Shown here: one piece after another, positions 37,538 to 49,693 of the stretch | How the letters are laid out: the number at the start of each line of letters is the position of its first letter | Numbering within the stretch: position 1 is the stretch's first letter | Assembly (NCBI GenBank): GCA_034226945.1 | Contig: CP120456.1 | Location: forward strand, 620,001 to 684,000 | Length of the DNA: 64,000 bases | Reading direction: 5' to 3' | From: Picochlorum sp. SENEW3 | Lineage: Eukaryota | Notes under the pieces: model-generated | What the model saw: the letters and a program-made list of their open reading frames with translations, nothing else | Told to the model about the DNA's origin: nothing | Database searches by the model: none | Translations under genes and position numbers: made by a program

Positions 37538-38287
37538 TTAGTATTGGCCATTCCTAAACATGCTTTGCAACAATTTGCCTGCCTCTGGACACCCATGCAT
37601 TTGAGATTTCTTCAGCCATTTCACCGCAGAGGTCGTACTTTTATCAAATGGAGACATGAACTCATTGTCAAGAATTAAAATTGCTAGAACATGAGAGCTA
37701 AACTGCAAAATCCTTTTGCAAGATTCTTCTGTCATTAAAGGTGGAATGGGTGATTCATTCTTCTCATCTATGTTCAACTCGACTATAATATTATCCAGCA
37801 TTTTACATACTCTGTTGAAGAGCAAATATGCTTCCTCTGGGTCCTTATCAGCACCTCGACCTGCATAATATTCAAAGGCTAGCATTGCCAGAGCTTCTGG
37901 GTGAGCCTTCTTTGCAGCTATTTTCCAGTACTTGCAGGCAGGTGAATAATTCGAGTAGCTAGAGTGGTATCTTGCTGTAACAATGCATGCTGTGACATTT
38001 GAGGACAGAAGTGCCCTGTGAAGTACAGGCACTTCACTCACACCAGGTTTGAATCTCTTCGCATGAGGCCGATAGCGAAGACTCGAGAACTTAATCGACT
38101 CCATAATATGATGATCCATAATTATCTTATTTCTCCATTCCCTACAAACCTGAGACATTGCTCGAGCTGTCTCAGCACTCCAGTCGATCGTACCCTGGGA
38201 GAGAATGGTAAAGATGATATCCTGTGGCAGGGTACTCCAGCCAGTTTCTGACACACTGTGTATCATCTTTGTAATATTATAATTCAT
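37538..38287 (-). CDS. F-box protein with Sel1-like repeats
   Basis: WSTLPQDII...VCREWR; YYAGRGADKDPEEAY; AVKWLKKS. Confidence 0.85.
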   Translation of the reverse strand: MNYNITKMIHSVSETGWSTLPQDIIFTILSQGTIDWSAETARAMSQVCREWRNKIIMDHHIMESIKFSSLRYRPHAKRFKPGVSEVPVLHRALLSSNVTACIVTARYHSSYSNYSPACKYWKIAAKKAHPEALAMLAFEYYAGRGADKDPEEAYLLFNRVCKMLDNIIVELNIDEKNESPIPPLMTEESCKRILQFSSHVLAILILDNEFMSPFDKSTTSAVKWLKKSQMHGCPEAGKLLQSMFRNGQY

Positions 38288-38672
38288 TCATGGTCAAACT
38301 AGGTCGCCCTATGATCCAAAGTGATGAAATTTTGTTTAAATTGAAATGGACCTACTACCACGGTTCTGAGTCAAAGTCACCCGGCTGGTTTTTCAATGAG
38401 GAAAATATTTCAATAGGTCTACCATTGAACCAGAGCATGAATCGATCCTCCAGATCTGACCAGATGGATAATTCACAGAATGGGTGCTGAATGAGATCTT
38501 CTTGTGCATATTGGTACATCGTTCTACAATGGTTTCGAGATCCTGCAGTTTTCTGGTACCGGTACCAGGCCATCCTCACATGCGCATGCAGGAGGGATGC
38601 CCAATAACATGTAACCCAGCGAAGGGTGCAACCAGCTTTGTTCGTTTTTGAATTTTATCATCTGACAGAAAT

Positions 38673-39893
38673 ATGGATGCATTTGCCAGTAGTAATTTGA
38701 TGATGCATCTGCGTCCTGGTTTCGAGACTAGACAGAGCAAAAGAGTGCTTCGCACCTCTGCAGTTCGCGATGAGAGGCAGGAAAGCCGTCGCAGACAACA
38801 GAATACATCAATTAATCAAGACAGAAATGCTCGAAATGTGAGACCTCCAAGACGGCAGCCTCTTGTACAAAAACGAGAAAAGCAGCAGTCAGTCGCTCAA
38901 AGGCAGGCTTCAGAGCCACAGACTGATATTTTTCTTCCCAGATCGATATTAATGGACAAAGAGATTATTACAAGAACATCAGGAAAGAGATTGGGCTATG
39001 TCGATGACATATTTGTCGATCCCTTGAGTTTGGAGGTGACGACTTTGTATCTGAGACAAAACATCTCTCCAATATCTATTGGATCCGGAGCCCGAGAACA
39101 CGTGTCTCTGTCTAGTCTTAGGCAGATTGGTGATGTCGTACTTGTTCATGATGAGAGTGCGCTATGGGATCCACCGGGGGACGAGACGATGGGCTTTGTC
39201 AAGATGGTTGGGTCAGAGGTGGAGACAGAGGATGGGTTGTCTCTCGGCAAGGTTAGAGATTTCCTCTTTAATCCTGACAATGGAGAGATAGTTAGCATCA
39301 GATATGACGCATTGGGGCTTCCTTCGATTCCTCAAAACCTCCTGGGGTGCTCTAGGTTGGACTGGCGTGATATTGTTGCAGTAGGTCCATCCAAAACCAT
39401 CGTTCGAAGGGGTGCAGAACGACGAGCAGTGAAAGAGAACGAAGGATGGATTACAGAGTATGTGACATCCTTCATCAATCTTATTGGAGGATTGGATATT
39501 GAAAGTGATGGTTTGGATACAAGAGAAAGCTACAGGGCTGATCCAGCATACGCAGCATGGTATGAGCGCCATGCCAAAGACTATGAACAGTATTACAAAC
39601 AAAAACTTCCTGAGCCAATTGTGACCTCATCACAACAGCAAAAGAGTGTTCAGGAAAGACAGAACAGATCAGCCAATACCCCTCTTGCATTGCCTCCTCC
39701 GCAACGACGCTCTGTCAGCCAAGCACTTCGCAGCGATCAACCTAGCCAAATCAATCGCCAGCCAGAATTTCAAAGAAACGCTGAAGATAATAGAAGAGGA
39801 AATTCACAACGAAGAGTCCCTCGACAAAATCAACCTCCAAGGAGGAGGATGAAGATTGACTCAAGCAAGCAGTCAGAACGAATAATCAAATAA
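38673..39893 (+). CDS. Plastid-targeted tandem PRC-barrel protein
   Basis: ITRTSGKRLGYVDDIFVD; VETEDGLSLGKVRDFLFN; transit-peptide-like N-terminus. Confidence 0.85.
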   Translation: MDAFASSNLMMHLRPGFETRQSKRVLRTSAVRDERQESRRRQQNTSINQDRNARNVRPPRRQPLVQKREKQQSVAQRQASEPQTDIFLPRSILMDKEIITRTSGKRLGYVDDIFVDPLSLEVTTLYLRQNISPISIGSGAREHVSLSSLRQIGDVVLVHDESALWDPPGDETMGFVKMVGSEVETEDGLSLGKVRDFLFNPDNGEIVSIRYDALGLPSIPQNLLGCSRLDWRDIVAVGPSKTIVRRGAERRAVKENEGWITEYVTSFINLIGGLDIESDGLDTRESYRADPAYAAWYERHAKDYEQYYKQKLPEPIVTSSQQQKSVQERQNRSANTPLALPPPQRRSVSQALRSDQPSQINRQPEFQRNAEDNRRGNSQRRVPRQNQPPRRRMKIDSSKQSERIIK

Positions 39894-39922
39894 ATTGCAA
39901 TTCATCTTTGTACTGGATTATA

Positions 39923-40328
39923 TTATTCATTCTTTTTCTCGCTTTCTGTGACGCCTTCTGCTTTCGACACAACTGCATCTTTCGCCCTGCATACCAAAAC
40001 ATGTTGGAAACCTGAAAGGTCCAAGAGATTCATCTGTGCTTTTTGAAACCAACGGGTCGCAATAAGAAAGGAAGATCACGCATACCTCGAGAACTGCTGC
40101 TTCCAATATCTAAATGTAAACCATTCTTCTCGAAGGAATAACAGATACCCGTGCCTGTGGGCCCACGCGACGAAAAAAGCTAGCAACAAGTGCACTGGAA
40201 TACACACTCCCCCCAGGCAAATCTGCAGCATTTGGCCGTGCAAAAGAGTAACATATTGATATTTTTGTACAATATATACACCCAAAATGGAAAATATGCT
40301 CTAGAAAAGATGTGAGACGCACCAACAT
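39923..40328 (-). CDS. 68-aa single-pass membrane microprotein; 3 exons (40328-40323, 40222-40086, 39986-39923)
   Basis: Consistent GT-AG phases give MLICLGGVCIPVHLLLAFFVAWAHRHGYLLFLREEWFTFRYWKQQFSRAKDAVVSKAEGVTESEKKNE. Confidence 0.7.
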
Positions 40329-40633
40329 TTTCAAACAATTCTTCTCTTCTTTTCGAGTTGTATGCACAATACTACTAGTAAGCTACTACTACTCTGATTC
40401 AAAGATTCAAATGTATGATTTCTTTTCTAATATATGTGGAACCCATGGAGGCAATCACCTGTTTTAGAATGCAGACGTCAATTCACTGCGGCATGACCAA
40501 AACATCTCTGTCCCGGACAGACTCTGAGAGTCCATGATGGTCTGGGATCTACGGTCTATGAAAGCTCGCTTGATTCATTCTTCCCCATAAATAAAGATAA
40601 TTTTGTTTTGATGTTTTGAAATGACGTAGATAC

Positions 40634-42156
40634 ATGATGAAGAAAGGAACCGTGCTTGACAAGCACTTTGTCCTGAGCGAGAAGATTGGTCAGGGACAGT
40701 TTGCAGAGGTGTATGCTGCTTCCAATGTAAAGAATCAGAGACAAATTGTATGTTATAATTTTATCATGGTGTTAGCTCAACATGTATTCCATATTAAGGG
40801 GAACATTGCTGTGTTTTTCTGAGCAGGTGGCAGTAAAAGTGGACAAGAGTCGTGACGTGAAGATTCTTGGAAGAGAGGCGGCCATTTTGAAAGATTTGCA
40901 GTGCTCAGAGTTTGTGTGTAAGTTTATTGCGAGTGGAAAGGTTAAGGATGGGAGACGATATTGTGTAATGGAGTTGTTAGGAGACAATTTGTCCAAGTAC
41001 ATGAAGAGCAAACAGTTAGAGTTGACCGAGATTATTTCGATAGCGAAACAAATCCTTATGGGTATTCGTGATATTCATAGTGCTGGGTATGTTCATAGGG
41101 ATATTAAGCCGTCGAACTGTGCCATTAGAGTTGGTGGTAGATGTATGGCACAGTGGACCTTGCTAGATTTTGGCTTGGCACGAAAAGTAATTGGCAATGA
41201 TGGACGGCAGATGCCGGAGAGAAAAGACACGAGCTTTCGTGGTACAACGGGATATGCATCGATAAACGCGCATGACCAAAGGGATTTAAGTTGGCGAGAT
41301 GATTTGTGGAGTTGGTTCTACACAGTTGTGGAGTTGTTACAAGGTGTGGTACATATTCTGGGCTTTTGTCGCACATGCAAATTGCTTGAAATTAGAATGG
41401 TATCCTGTTCATCGTAGGGACACTTCCTTGGAAAGGCCATAGGCATGACGAATCTTTCAATGCAGCAGATGGGCCCGTGGCTCAAAGAAAGAGAGCGTGC
41501 ATCAAAGCACCAGAGTTGCTGGTACCCAGCACAGCAGCCTATTTTTCTCAAATAGAGGATATCAATCATTATTTAAGTAAGCTAGAATTCGACGAAGTGC
41601 CTGATTATCTTCTTCTTCGGGACTTGTTGGAATCCATGGAGCACCAGCAAATGGAGGCGAATGTGGAGAGTGAGTCAAAATATCAACAAGGGTACCAGTT
41701 GCAAACTGTATCGGTCCCTAGAGGTCTCGAAACAGCAGTTCAGAATGATAATGCACCAAAGGAGGAAGAAAATTGTACCTTTAAGCAGGAGGTCAATGTA
41801 GAAGATGTGTCAAAGGGTTCTGCTGCATATGAAGAAAAATGCTACGATAACATTAATCAGCTTGTCTCTATATTGAAAATGGTGCGTTCCCCATACATTG
41901 ATGTACATTTATCAATACTGTGCTTCGGGGAGGGGTGTAACATCTTCATACTGTGCAGGGTGGATACTCAAGAAAAGGTCAAATGGTTATCGACACTTTG
42001 AGAGACGTCACTCCTGGGGAAGCTATTGCCATATTTTGTGATCACATGAATCGCATATCTATTGGAAATCCAAATAGTGCTGATGTTGTCGAAATCATGA
42101 AAGAGCTTTCAGGATACTTTGCAGCCTTGTCTCGTTCATATCAGAAGATGTCATGA
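40634..42156 (+). CDS. CK1-group Ser/Thr kinase (tau-tubulin-kinase-like), spliced
   Basis: IGQGQFAEVY; HRDIKPSN; DFGLAR; FRGTTGYASINAH; DDLWSWFY. Confidence 0.9.
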
Positions 42157-42324
42157 TCACTGGAGATTGTCATGGTTATATTTATTTAAATTAACTGTTG
42201 TCAGTATTTGAAAAGATAAAGAGCGTGAGAAGTAACAAGTGTGCAAATCTTGCACAGGAAAAGACACCAGGCACAGGCAACACAGCACTTCATACAACCA
42301 TGCTGGTGCTACAACCCCCACTAA

Positions 42325-42702
42325 TTAATTTACCCGTTGAGGGCAGTCAACCTCTGCACAGCTGTCTCTATCGTTCAAACCTCCACATTTCTCGCAAATT
42401 CCCAGTTGCCTTCTTTGTGATACCGCAACATACTCGTCTATAAATCTTGAAGAGAAATAAAGGGCAACCAAAAACCCACCAAAAACAAGCCCAGCTATTT
42501 GATCCAAGGTCCATTCCGGTGCTGCATCTAAGGCACTAAGATCATAGATGCTATTTATACTAGACTGGACTATTCTATCTTGACACTGTACTTTGTGTCT
42601 TCGATTGTTCAACACTCGGCATTCCTTCCCTTTGGCATGCAATGTTCTTTTCCTCCCCTGACACAGAGCCAATGGCTGGCATTGAATGGTCAGAGCCACC
42701 AT
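42325..42702 (-). CDS. Small putative plastid membrane protein with C-terminal Cys cluster
   Basis: Transit-like N-terminus, one TM segment, QRRQLGICEKCGG...C...CP. Confidence 0.65.
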   Translation of the reverse strand: MVALTIQCQPLALCQGRKRTLHAKGKECRVLNNRRHKVQCQDRIVQSSINSIYDLSALDAAPEWTLDQIAGLVFGGFLVALYFSSRFIDEYVAVSQRRQLGICEKCGGLNDRDSCAEVDCPQRVN

Positions 42703-42924
42703 TATGAAATTATCAAGGTTTATGACTGATCCAACAAGCTGAGAATCTATTTCGAGACGATCATTCCCGGGCTTCGTGAACATCCGCGATGATCTGTTTG
42801 TTGGCATTTAAAAATGTCATTTTCAGCAAAGTCACCAGAGTACTACTGACTTAAAGATAACTTTATTATCAATGTCTGAACAGTTCATGGCCTTATTCAT
42901 GACCATAGAGGCATTGTTGCAAAT

Positions 42925-43949
42925 ATGCATTTGTTCAGGGGGGTAACAAGTGGCACAGGGAAACAGAGTCGCGCAGTTCGTAGAGGCACAAGCCAATCGA
43001 TACACAAGACACTGCCCAGACTTGGATTATATGAAGAAGGTCCTGTTTCTTTGACTAGATGTACTCTATCTGCGGGAAGGGTGATCTCCATGTCCCATCC
43101 TCAAGGTGGGGGAAGTTTGAGCTCTTCTCCAAACGCGCCTTACAAGATTGATGCCCGACGAAAAGAGATTCCTCATCATATAGCCATAATAATGGATGGA
43201 AACGGTCGCTGGGCGCGTGAACGGGGCCAGATAGCATCTGCAGGACACAAAGCTGGTATTGATGCTTTGCAACGAACAGTGGAGAGTTGCATAGAACATG
43301 GGATTGGCTATCTGACAGTATTTGCCCTTTCTGTAGAAAACAATAGGAACAGAGACGATCAGGAAGTGAAATTTTTGATCAGTTTGATGTATTCTGTGGT
43401 TCACGAGAGACTTCAAAAATTACATGATGAGGGTGTGAAACTCATCTTTGTTGGAAGCATCCAGGCTTTAGAGGATCAGGGGCTGCTCGAAGTCATCAAA
43501 AGGTGAGTTTTCCAATATTACTTTTGTATATAAGCTTTGAGAAATCACGCAAGGGCTCTTCGTGTAGGGCAGAAATTCTCACCCAGGAGAACACACGGCT
43601 TGTTTTGACAGTCTCTCTGAATTTCAGTGGTCGTGATGATATCGTTCAAGCAACCAGATCTCTGCTAAAATTGGTCCAAGAATATCAAATAGATCCAAGT
43701 GATATTGATGTCTCGACTTTTGGGAACCATCTATCAATGTCGCATATTCCAGAGGGGTACAGGGACCCAGATCTCTTGATTCGGACTGGTGGAGAGCAAA
43801 GGCTGTCGAACTTTCTATTATGGCAATTAGCATACTCAGAGCTATACTTTTCCGATACATACTGGCCTGATTTTGATGCAGAAGACTTCTCAATAGCCCT
43901 GGAGGAGTACTCGAAGAGGGATCGAAGATTTGGTGCTAGAATACTCTGA
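42925..43949 (+). CDS. cis-prenyltransferase (UPPS/DHDDS family), 2 exons
   Basis: PHHIAIIMDGNGRWA; FALSVEN; DPDLLIRTGGEQRLSNFLLWQ; RDRRFG. Confidence 0.95.
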
Positions 43950-44045
43950 CCAAGTGACAGATGAGATGGAGCACGTATCCCCTGCAATGATCGTGCTTCG
44001 AATGAAATGGATTCGCAATAGTGCTTGTATAATTTATTTCAAAAA

Positions 44046-45053
44046 ATGATTTGCTCTCTGACCCTTTGCCGACAAGGGTCGAGATATAGATGCATGTCTT
44101 ATGTGGTATGCATGTCCCAAGAACTTCCACGGCAACGAGGAAAGCAATTCGGTTCAAAAGGAAGAGACAGGTACAGAAATGATGAATTGAGATACGGTAG
44201 AAAATCGGATAGGGATGGATTTCCGAAAACGCAGACGAAATCGTTGATTGATAACTGGACAGCAGATGTTGTGTATGGGACCTCTCCTGTACTTGCAGCT
44301 CTAGATTCCAATAGGAGGACCATGCACGCACTGTACGTGCAAGAAGGCATTTCACAGTCTAAGAAGAAGGAAGTGAACAGCATTCAACAAGCAATTGCTA
44401 AGGCAGAGTCCATGAGAATTCCTCTTGTGACTGTGTCAAAGCATGACCTCAACATGATCACAAACAATCGCCCACATCAGGGAATTGTTCTCGACGCCTC
44501 ATTCCTAACTTGTGAAAAGTTGGATAACATGCCAGATATTCCCAGTCCTGACAGGCAGACTTATCCTGTGTGGCTATCTTTGGATGAAATTACAGATCCA
44601 CAAAATTTGGGTGCTGTCATCAGGTCAGCATATTTTCTGGGGGCCGCCGGCGTTTTACTGTCCAGTAAAAATTCAGCTCCTCTTTCTGGTGTCGTATCGA
44701 AAGCAAGCGCTGGTGCTCTTGAAAAAATGCCAATTTATTCGTGTAGAAGTCTGCCCAACACCCTCATGGATGCCAGGTCCAAAGGGTGGTCAGTCATAGG
44801 TGCCAGTGCCGAACGAGATTCCTACGAATGTGAAGAGTTTGTACTACAGAGACCTACGATTTTGGTCATGGGAAGTGAAGGATATGGACTCAGAACGAAT
44901 GTAAGACGAGCTTGTGATGCAAGTATTCGTATTGCTTCCAGTCATGTACTGAACACCCAGGTTGCAGCCTTGCATGAAGTCGACAGCCTGAATGTTAGTG
45001 TCGCAGCTGGTATTTTGCTGCATAGTCTCCTGCGACAATCAAAGGGTGGCTGA
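44046..45053 (+). CDS. SpoU-family rRNA methyltransferase (MRM1/RlmB-like)
   Basis: RPHQG; DPQNLGAVIRSA; MGSEGYG; DSLNVSVAAGI. Confidence 0.93.
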   Translation: MICSLTLCRQGSRYRCMSYVVCMSQELPRQRGKQFGSKGRDRYRNDELRYGRKSDRDGFPKTQTKSLIDNWTADVVYGTSPVLAALDSNRRTMHALYVQEGISQSKKKEVNSIQQAIAKAESMRIPLVTVSKHDLNMITNNRPHQGIVLDASFLTCEKLDNMPDIPSPDRQTYPVWLSLDEITDPQNLGAVIRSAYFLGAAGVLLSSKNSAPLSGVVSKASAGALEKMPIYSCRSLPNTLMDARSKGWSVIGASAERDSYECEEFVLQRPTILVMGSEGYGLRTNVRRACDASIRIASSHVLNTQVAALHEVDSLNVSVAAGILLHSLLRQSKGG

Positions 45054-45287
45054 TACCTTGGTCCATTCTCACTGGTGGGTCGTCACTCATCATGAGGAGT
45101 CCTTATTGAGGACTGTGCATGTTTAAACTTACCATGGAATGATATAGTCACCGCTTCCTCGCCCGTGTATATTTATATATTTGAAATAACAATACAGTGA
45201 CAGTTTATATTTAACTATATATCGCGCATGGGCGTTTAGTTGGTTCGAAGAAACATTTCAACTGCTATTTAGGGATTTTCCAACCCC

Positions 45288-46280
45288 ATGGATCGAGACG
45301 ACTTAGAAGAGGAAGGTTTGATGAATTTGACACCTATAAATAGAAAGAACTCTACACGGGAGGCTGCAGCCTCATTGCTGTCTAGTTATTTCTCAAGGCG
45401 CTTCATGAGCGGTTGGTACGTTCTTTGACGCGATTCGAATGATCAAGCGTCATTTTCACATACGAGCAATATTGAATCCCAAGTAAGATTGAGCGATATT
45501 CTTCTCTGGCTATGCAGCGCGATGCTCTTTCCTGTTGTGATCACTGTCTATGTGACCTGGTGGTTTCTCCAGTTTTTTGATAACTTTTTCAGCCCTGTTT
45601 ATGAGTATCTTCTAGGATTTCATGTATTTGGTCTTGGATTTTTGACTTCTATGCTCTTCATATTTGGAACAGGCACGTTGTCACTGGTTTTGCCACTCTG
45701 TCTGTGCTTTCAAACATGGTTGTTAGGTTGTTCTACAGGCGTATTTGCTTCATCTTGGATTGGCAGTGCATTCGTTGGACTAGGAGAGTATATAATTAGA
45801 AAACTTCCATTGATTAAGCACATATATAGCGCAGCTAAGCAGGTGAGTGCAGCAGTTTCACCAGACCACGAAGCTAAAAACTCCTTCAGGTGTGTCACTT
45901 TACACATTGCGATTGGCCTACAGTATGCTATTGTATTTACACCTCACTCATGTATACAGGGAATGCGTTTTAATACGACATCCTAGAGTCGGGGAGTACG
46001 CGTTTGGATTCATCACTGGGCAGACAAACTTACGGACTGATGCAGGAGATGTTCAGTTATACTCCGTCTATGTTCCAACCAATCATGGTGCGTTTGATAT
46101 GCATGTTTGGCTGTCTCATATTCCCTAAATCATCACATTCGTGCAGTGTATGTTGGGGACATCTTCCTGTTGGAAGATAAGGATATCATACGGAACAACC
46201 TGTCTGTGAGGGAAGGTATTGAAATTGTTGTATCAGTTGGAATGGCGATCCCACCACGGATAATATCGGAGAGACTGTAA
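45288..46280 (+). CDS. COV1/LCV (DUF502) membrane protein, multi-exon
   Basis: DNFFSP; PLIKHIYSAAKQVS; IRHPRVGEYAFGF; VYVPTNH. Confidence 0.92.
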
Positions 46281-46492
46281 TTTCATGAAAAAGAAATGAT
46301 ATTTTGAGGACATCAATGGGTTTACAGGCTCGGGACATCATTCAGTCCGAGGAGATGGATGGACTTCTCAATTGGTCCATGTGTGGTCCACATGTTCATG
46401 AGCCTACAACCGTAGTAGATTACACTCCATGCCCATATACCAAATTTAACTATTTTCATAAACATTTTGTAACGTGTTTATTCTTGTGAACA

Positions 46493-47624
46493 ATGACTGA
46501 TCAAACAGGAACGTACGCAGTGAAGGTACGCTCGTTGCTCCAGGGCGGCAATTGAATGCGTGTGCTTGAGTCACACTTGTTGGCTGGTTTGCACGCATTT
46601 GCTGGTTTTTCGGTATATTTTCTAGCATCATGCATCTAGTAACTAAATGTATTCAATTTTGTAGGCTGGATTGGCCCAGATGCTCAAGGGTGGAGTCATT
46701 ATGGACGTCGTGACTCCAGAGGAGGCTCGCATTGCCGAAGAAGCAGGAGCTGTCGCTGTGATGGCATTGGAACGAGTTCCAGCGGATATCAGAAAGGAAG
46801 GTGGTGTGGCGAGAATGAGCGATCCATCGGTACGTACATTGAACGCTTGTGGGTGCAGCCGCGGGGTCCACGGCTCTACTGTATGGCAGCTCAATGTGTT
46901 CTTATCTGATTTTATCTCGATTCATGATGTTTTGTAGATGATCAAAAGTATTAAAGAGGCTGTTACCATCCCAGTCATGGCAAAGGCTCGCATTGGACAC
47001 TTTGTGGAGTCCCAAATCCTGGAAGCTTTGGGTATCGATTACATCGACGAATCTGAGGTTCTGACTCCTGCAGATGACATCCACCACATTAACAAGCACA
47101 ACTTCAAGGTGCCGTTTGTGTGTGGCTGCAGAGATTTGGGTGAAGCTTTGAGGAGGATCGCTGAGGGAGCTGCAATGATTCGCACAAAAGGGGAGGCTGG
47201 AACTGGCAATGTGGTTGAGGCTGTCAGACACGCTCGCGCTGTCCAAGGAGCTATTCGTCAGCTTCAAAATATGGATGACGATGAGCTTTATGTGTACGCC
47301 AAAGAAATTCGTGCTCCAATTGAGTTGGTAAGACAGACCAAGGCCCTTGGAAGGCTTCCAGTGGTCAACTTTGCTGCTGGCGGTGTTGCAACACCAGCAG
47401 ATGCAGCCCTCATGATGCAACTCGGAATGGATGGTGTCTTTGTTGGATCTGGAATTTTCAAGTCGGGTGACCCGGCCAAGAGGGCACGAGCTATTGTTCA
47501 AGCAGTAACACATTACAACGATCCAAAGATCCTTGCAGATGTGTCCCAGGGGCTGGGTGAGGCCATGGTGGGCATCGATATTAGAGAGAAGAATTTCAAC
47601 TCTTATGCTAATCGCTCTGAATAA
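46493..47624 (+). CDS. PDX1: Pyridoxal 5'-phosphate synthase subunit PDX1, 3 exons
   Basis: [50 protein letters not shown]. Confidence 0.98.
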
Positions 47625-47698
47625 GTTGTTACAGATCGCTCTCAATCAATTTGATGTAATTTGTCAGGCTATTTTGTAAATCTAACCCAATATATAGG

Positions 47699-48831
47699 TC
47701 ACCAAACACCTGAGAGATACTGCAAGATGTCAGTCAATGTAATCACCGCACTCACCGTTGGGAATCCCTTTGAGGAATCGATCACATATACACGATGAAT
47801 ATGTTCGTCGCAAAACTTGCTCAAGGTGTCCCCAAGAGAGGTATCCTTTGTGATTGAGAAAACTTGAATATCTCCCTTGCTTGCTGCCCTCCCTTTCCTT
47901 GGAGAAGAGGCAAAGAATGGATGTCCAGAGTGATCACTTGTAGAAATACTATAACCAATATATGCAGTATGGTGCTCCAAAGCCAAGAACTCCGCAACTG
48001 GCAGGGCCAACACTCCAAAGTGCTCAGATGTCAATGCCCTGATATCTGATGTGCTTAGGTTCGCTATCACTTCTCCCGAGTCTGTGACAACTGGAGCTCC
48101 AGATATACCGGCCGATGAAATCTGCGAATATGCTACTAAGGCAGGGGTATGGGCATTCACTGCAACAACTGGGCGCTTGCCTTGCAATAAACCCAGCTCT
48201 TCAATACTTGCAGAAAGCCTGGAATCCTCCACATTTTGAGACGAAATCCACTTGATCACATCCATTTGACTAATAATACTGGTAACTTCACCATGCGAAT
48301 CGAACAATGCCAGTCTATGGTTGACATGCTGACCACCCTGTACATTGGTCACAAAAGCCTGCCTCACAGCAACCATCAAACTCGTATTTGCTGCATCTCC
48401 TTCGAATAGCAAGCCCCTATCCTCCACAACAGGAACCGTAACTAAAGGTTTCGTTGCAAATGCTGGCCCTGTACCAACACCCCACAGATCAACAGTGTTC
48501 TGACGATTCTCCATCACATACCTCACATACCTTCTTTCTCCAGAGCCGTCATCAAAGCCAGCATCGCATGCGGAAGGTCCTCATTGGCAGACAAGTAATT
48601 CAATAATGCCTTCATGATATCACCGATATCAACCCATCCGAGCAAGCTTGGAGAAGTTTCCAGTTCAGAGCTGTCCTCGATATCGGGCATCAGAACCATA
48701 GGTGCACTGAGGATTGAATTAGCAGCGAGCACTTTGAGTGCTTCTCCAATTGTCATATTATGCTCTAGCTTAACCACGCTTTGCCTTCGTACCAAACTAC
48801 TTAAAGGTGTATTGTTCAAGAGGTCTTCCAT
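47699..48831 (-). CDS. CBS-domain protein (SnRK1/AMPK gamma-like), spliced
   Basis: CBS cores ILSAPMV, HRLAL, ISGAPVV, IHRVYVI. Confidence 0.85.
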
Positions 48832-49122
48832 ATCGATTAGACTTCGTTTCACTCGTTAACTAGAAGCGTAAATGAAGATTTATGTATCTCGGGAACGTAT
48901 TGTAAAATTTTTTCGCATTCTTACAAAAGGTCCACCTGCGGTCGTGCAGTATACACGGATGGGTGCGTGTCGTAGAATGGCGATCGAGTAATAATGACGT
49001 GGCATTTCATGTCCACATGGATCTAGATGTCATTAAATGGCTTTCAAGCATATGCAGATTGTTGAATTTTACATACTTAATGCCATAGAGATAGATATTG
49101 TGAACAGAGAGGAACTAGTACC

Positions 49123-49648
49123 ATGGGGGGTGGTCACAGAACCATTCGCTCCTCCAAGCAGAGTACATACGATCCAAGGAAAGCGAGAGAATTAAAGAAG
49201 CAGAAAACATTTACAATTACAAAGAGTTACCAAAAGCTGAAGAAGAAGTTGAATGATGTGAAGGCACGAGAATGTTCCATGGTGTTCGCATTGACTCACC
49301 AACAATATGTACTCATATGTATGCATGTGCAATGCAGCCCATTAATTATGATAGTATTGAAGAGCAGAAAGATTCAATGAAGATTTCTGTGGATGCTGCT
49401 GCTGGCGTGGATGTTGACAGGAAAGCTGGCGACGTGCCTGTAGCAGAGGTGCCAGATGATAAGGTGAGTTTCTGTAAACTTTGATACGATATCAGATCCC
49501 CAGTTCATACGGGAAAATGCCCATGTTGTAGGATTCGAATAAGAAATCGAGGTCGAAGCAACGAAAGCAGATGTTAAAAAAGACAAAGCATGGCCAGCCA
49601 TTGATGAAGTATAGGATTCAAAAGATGCTGGACGTCCTACAGAAATGA
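49123..49648 (+). CDS. Fyv7/TAP26-like small basic rRNA-processing protein, 3 exons
   Basis: C-terminal KTKHGQPLMKYRIQKMLD motif; Lys-rich. Confidence 0.7.
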
Positions 49649-49693
49649 TGTATTTAATTATTCCGCTTTCATCTAATAGCAGCTTATTTTGTT

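Noticed and set aside
46902..47645. Long antisense ORFs (opposite PDX1, RCA, DDB1 and others)
   Set aside because: Shadow frames of codon-biased genes
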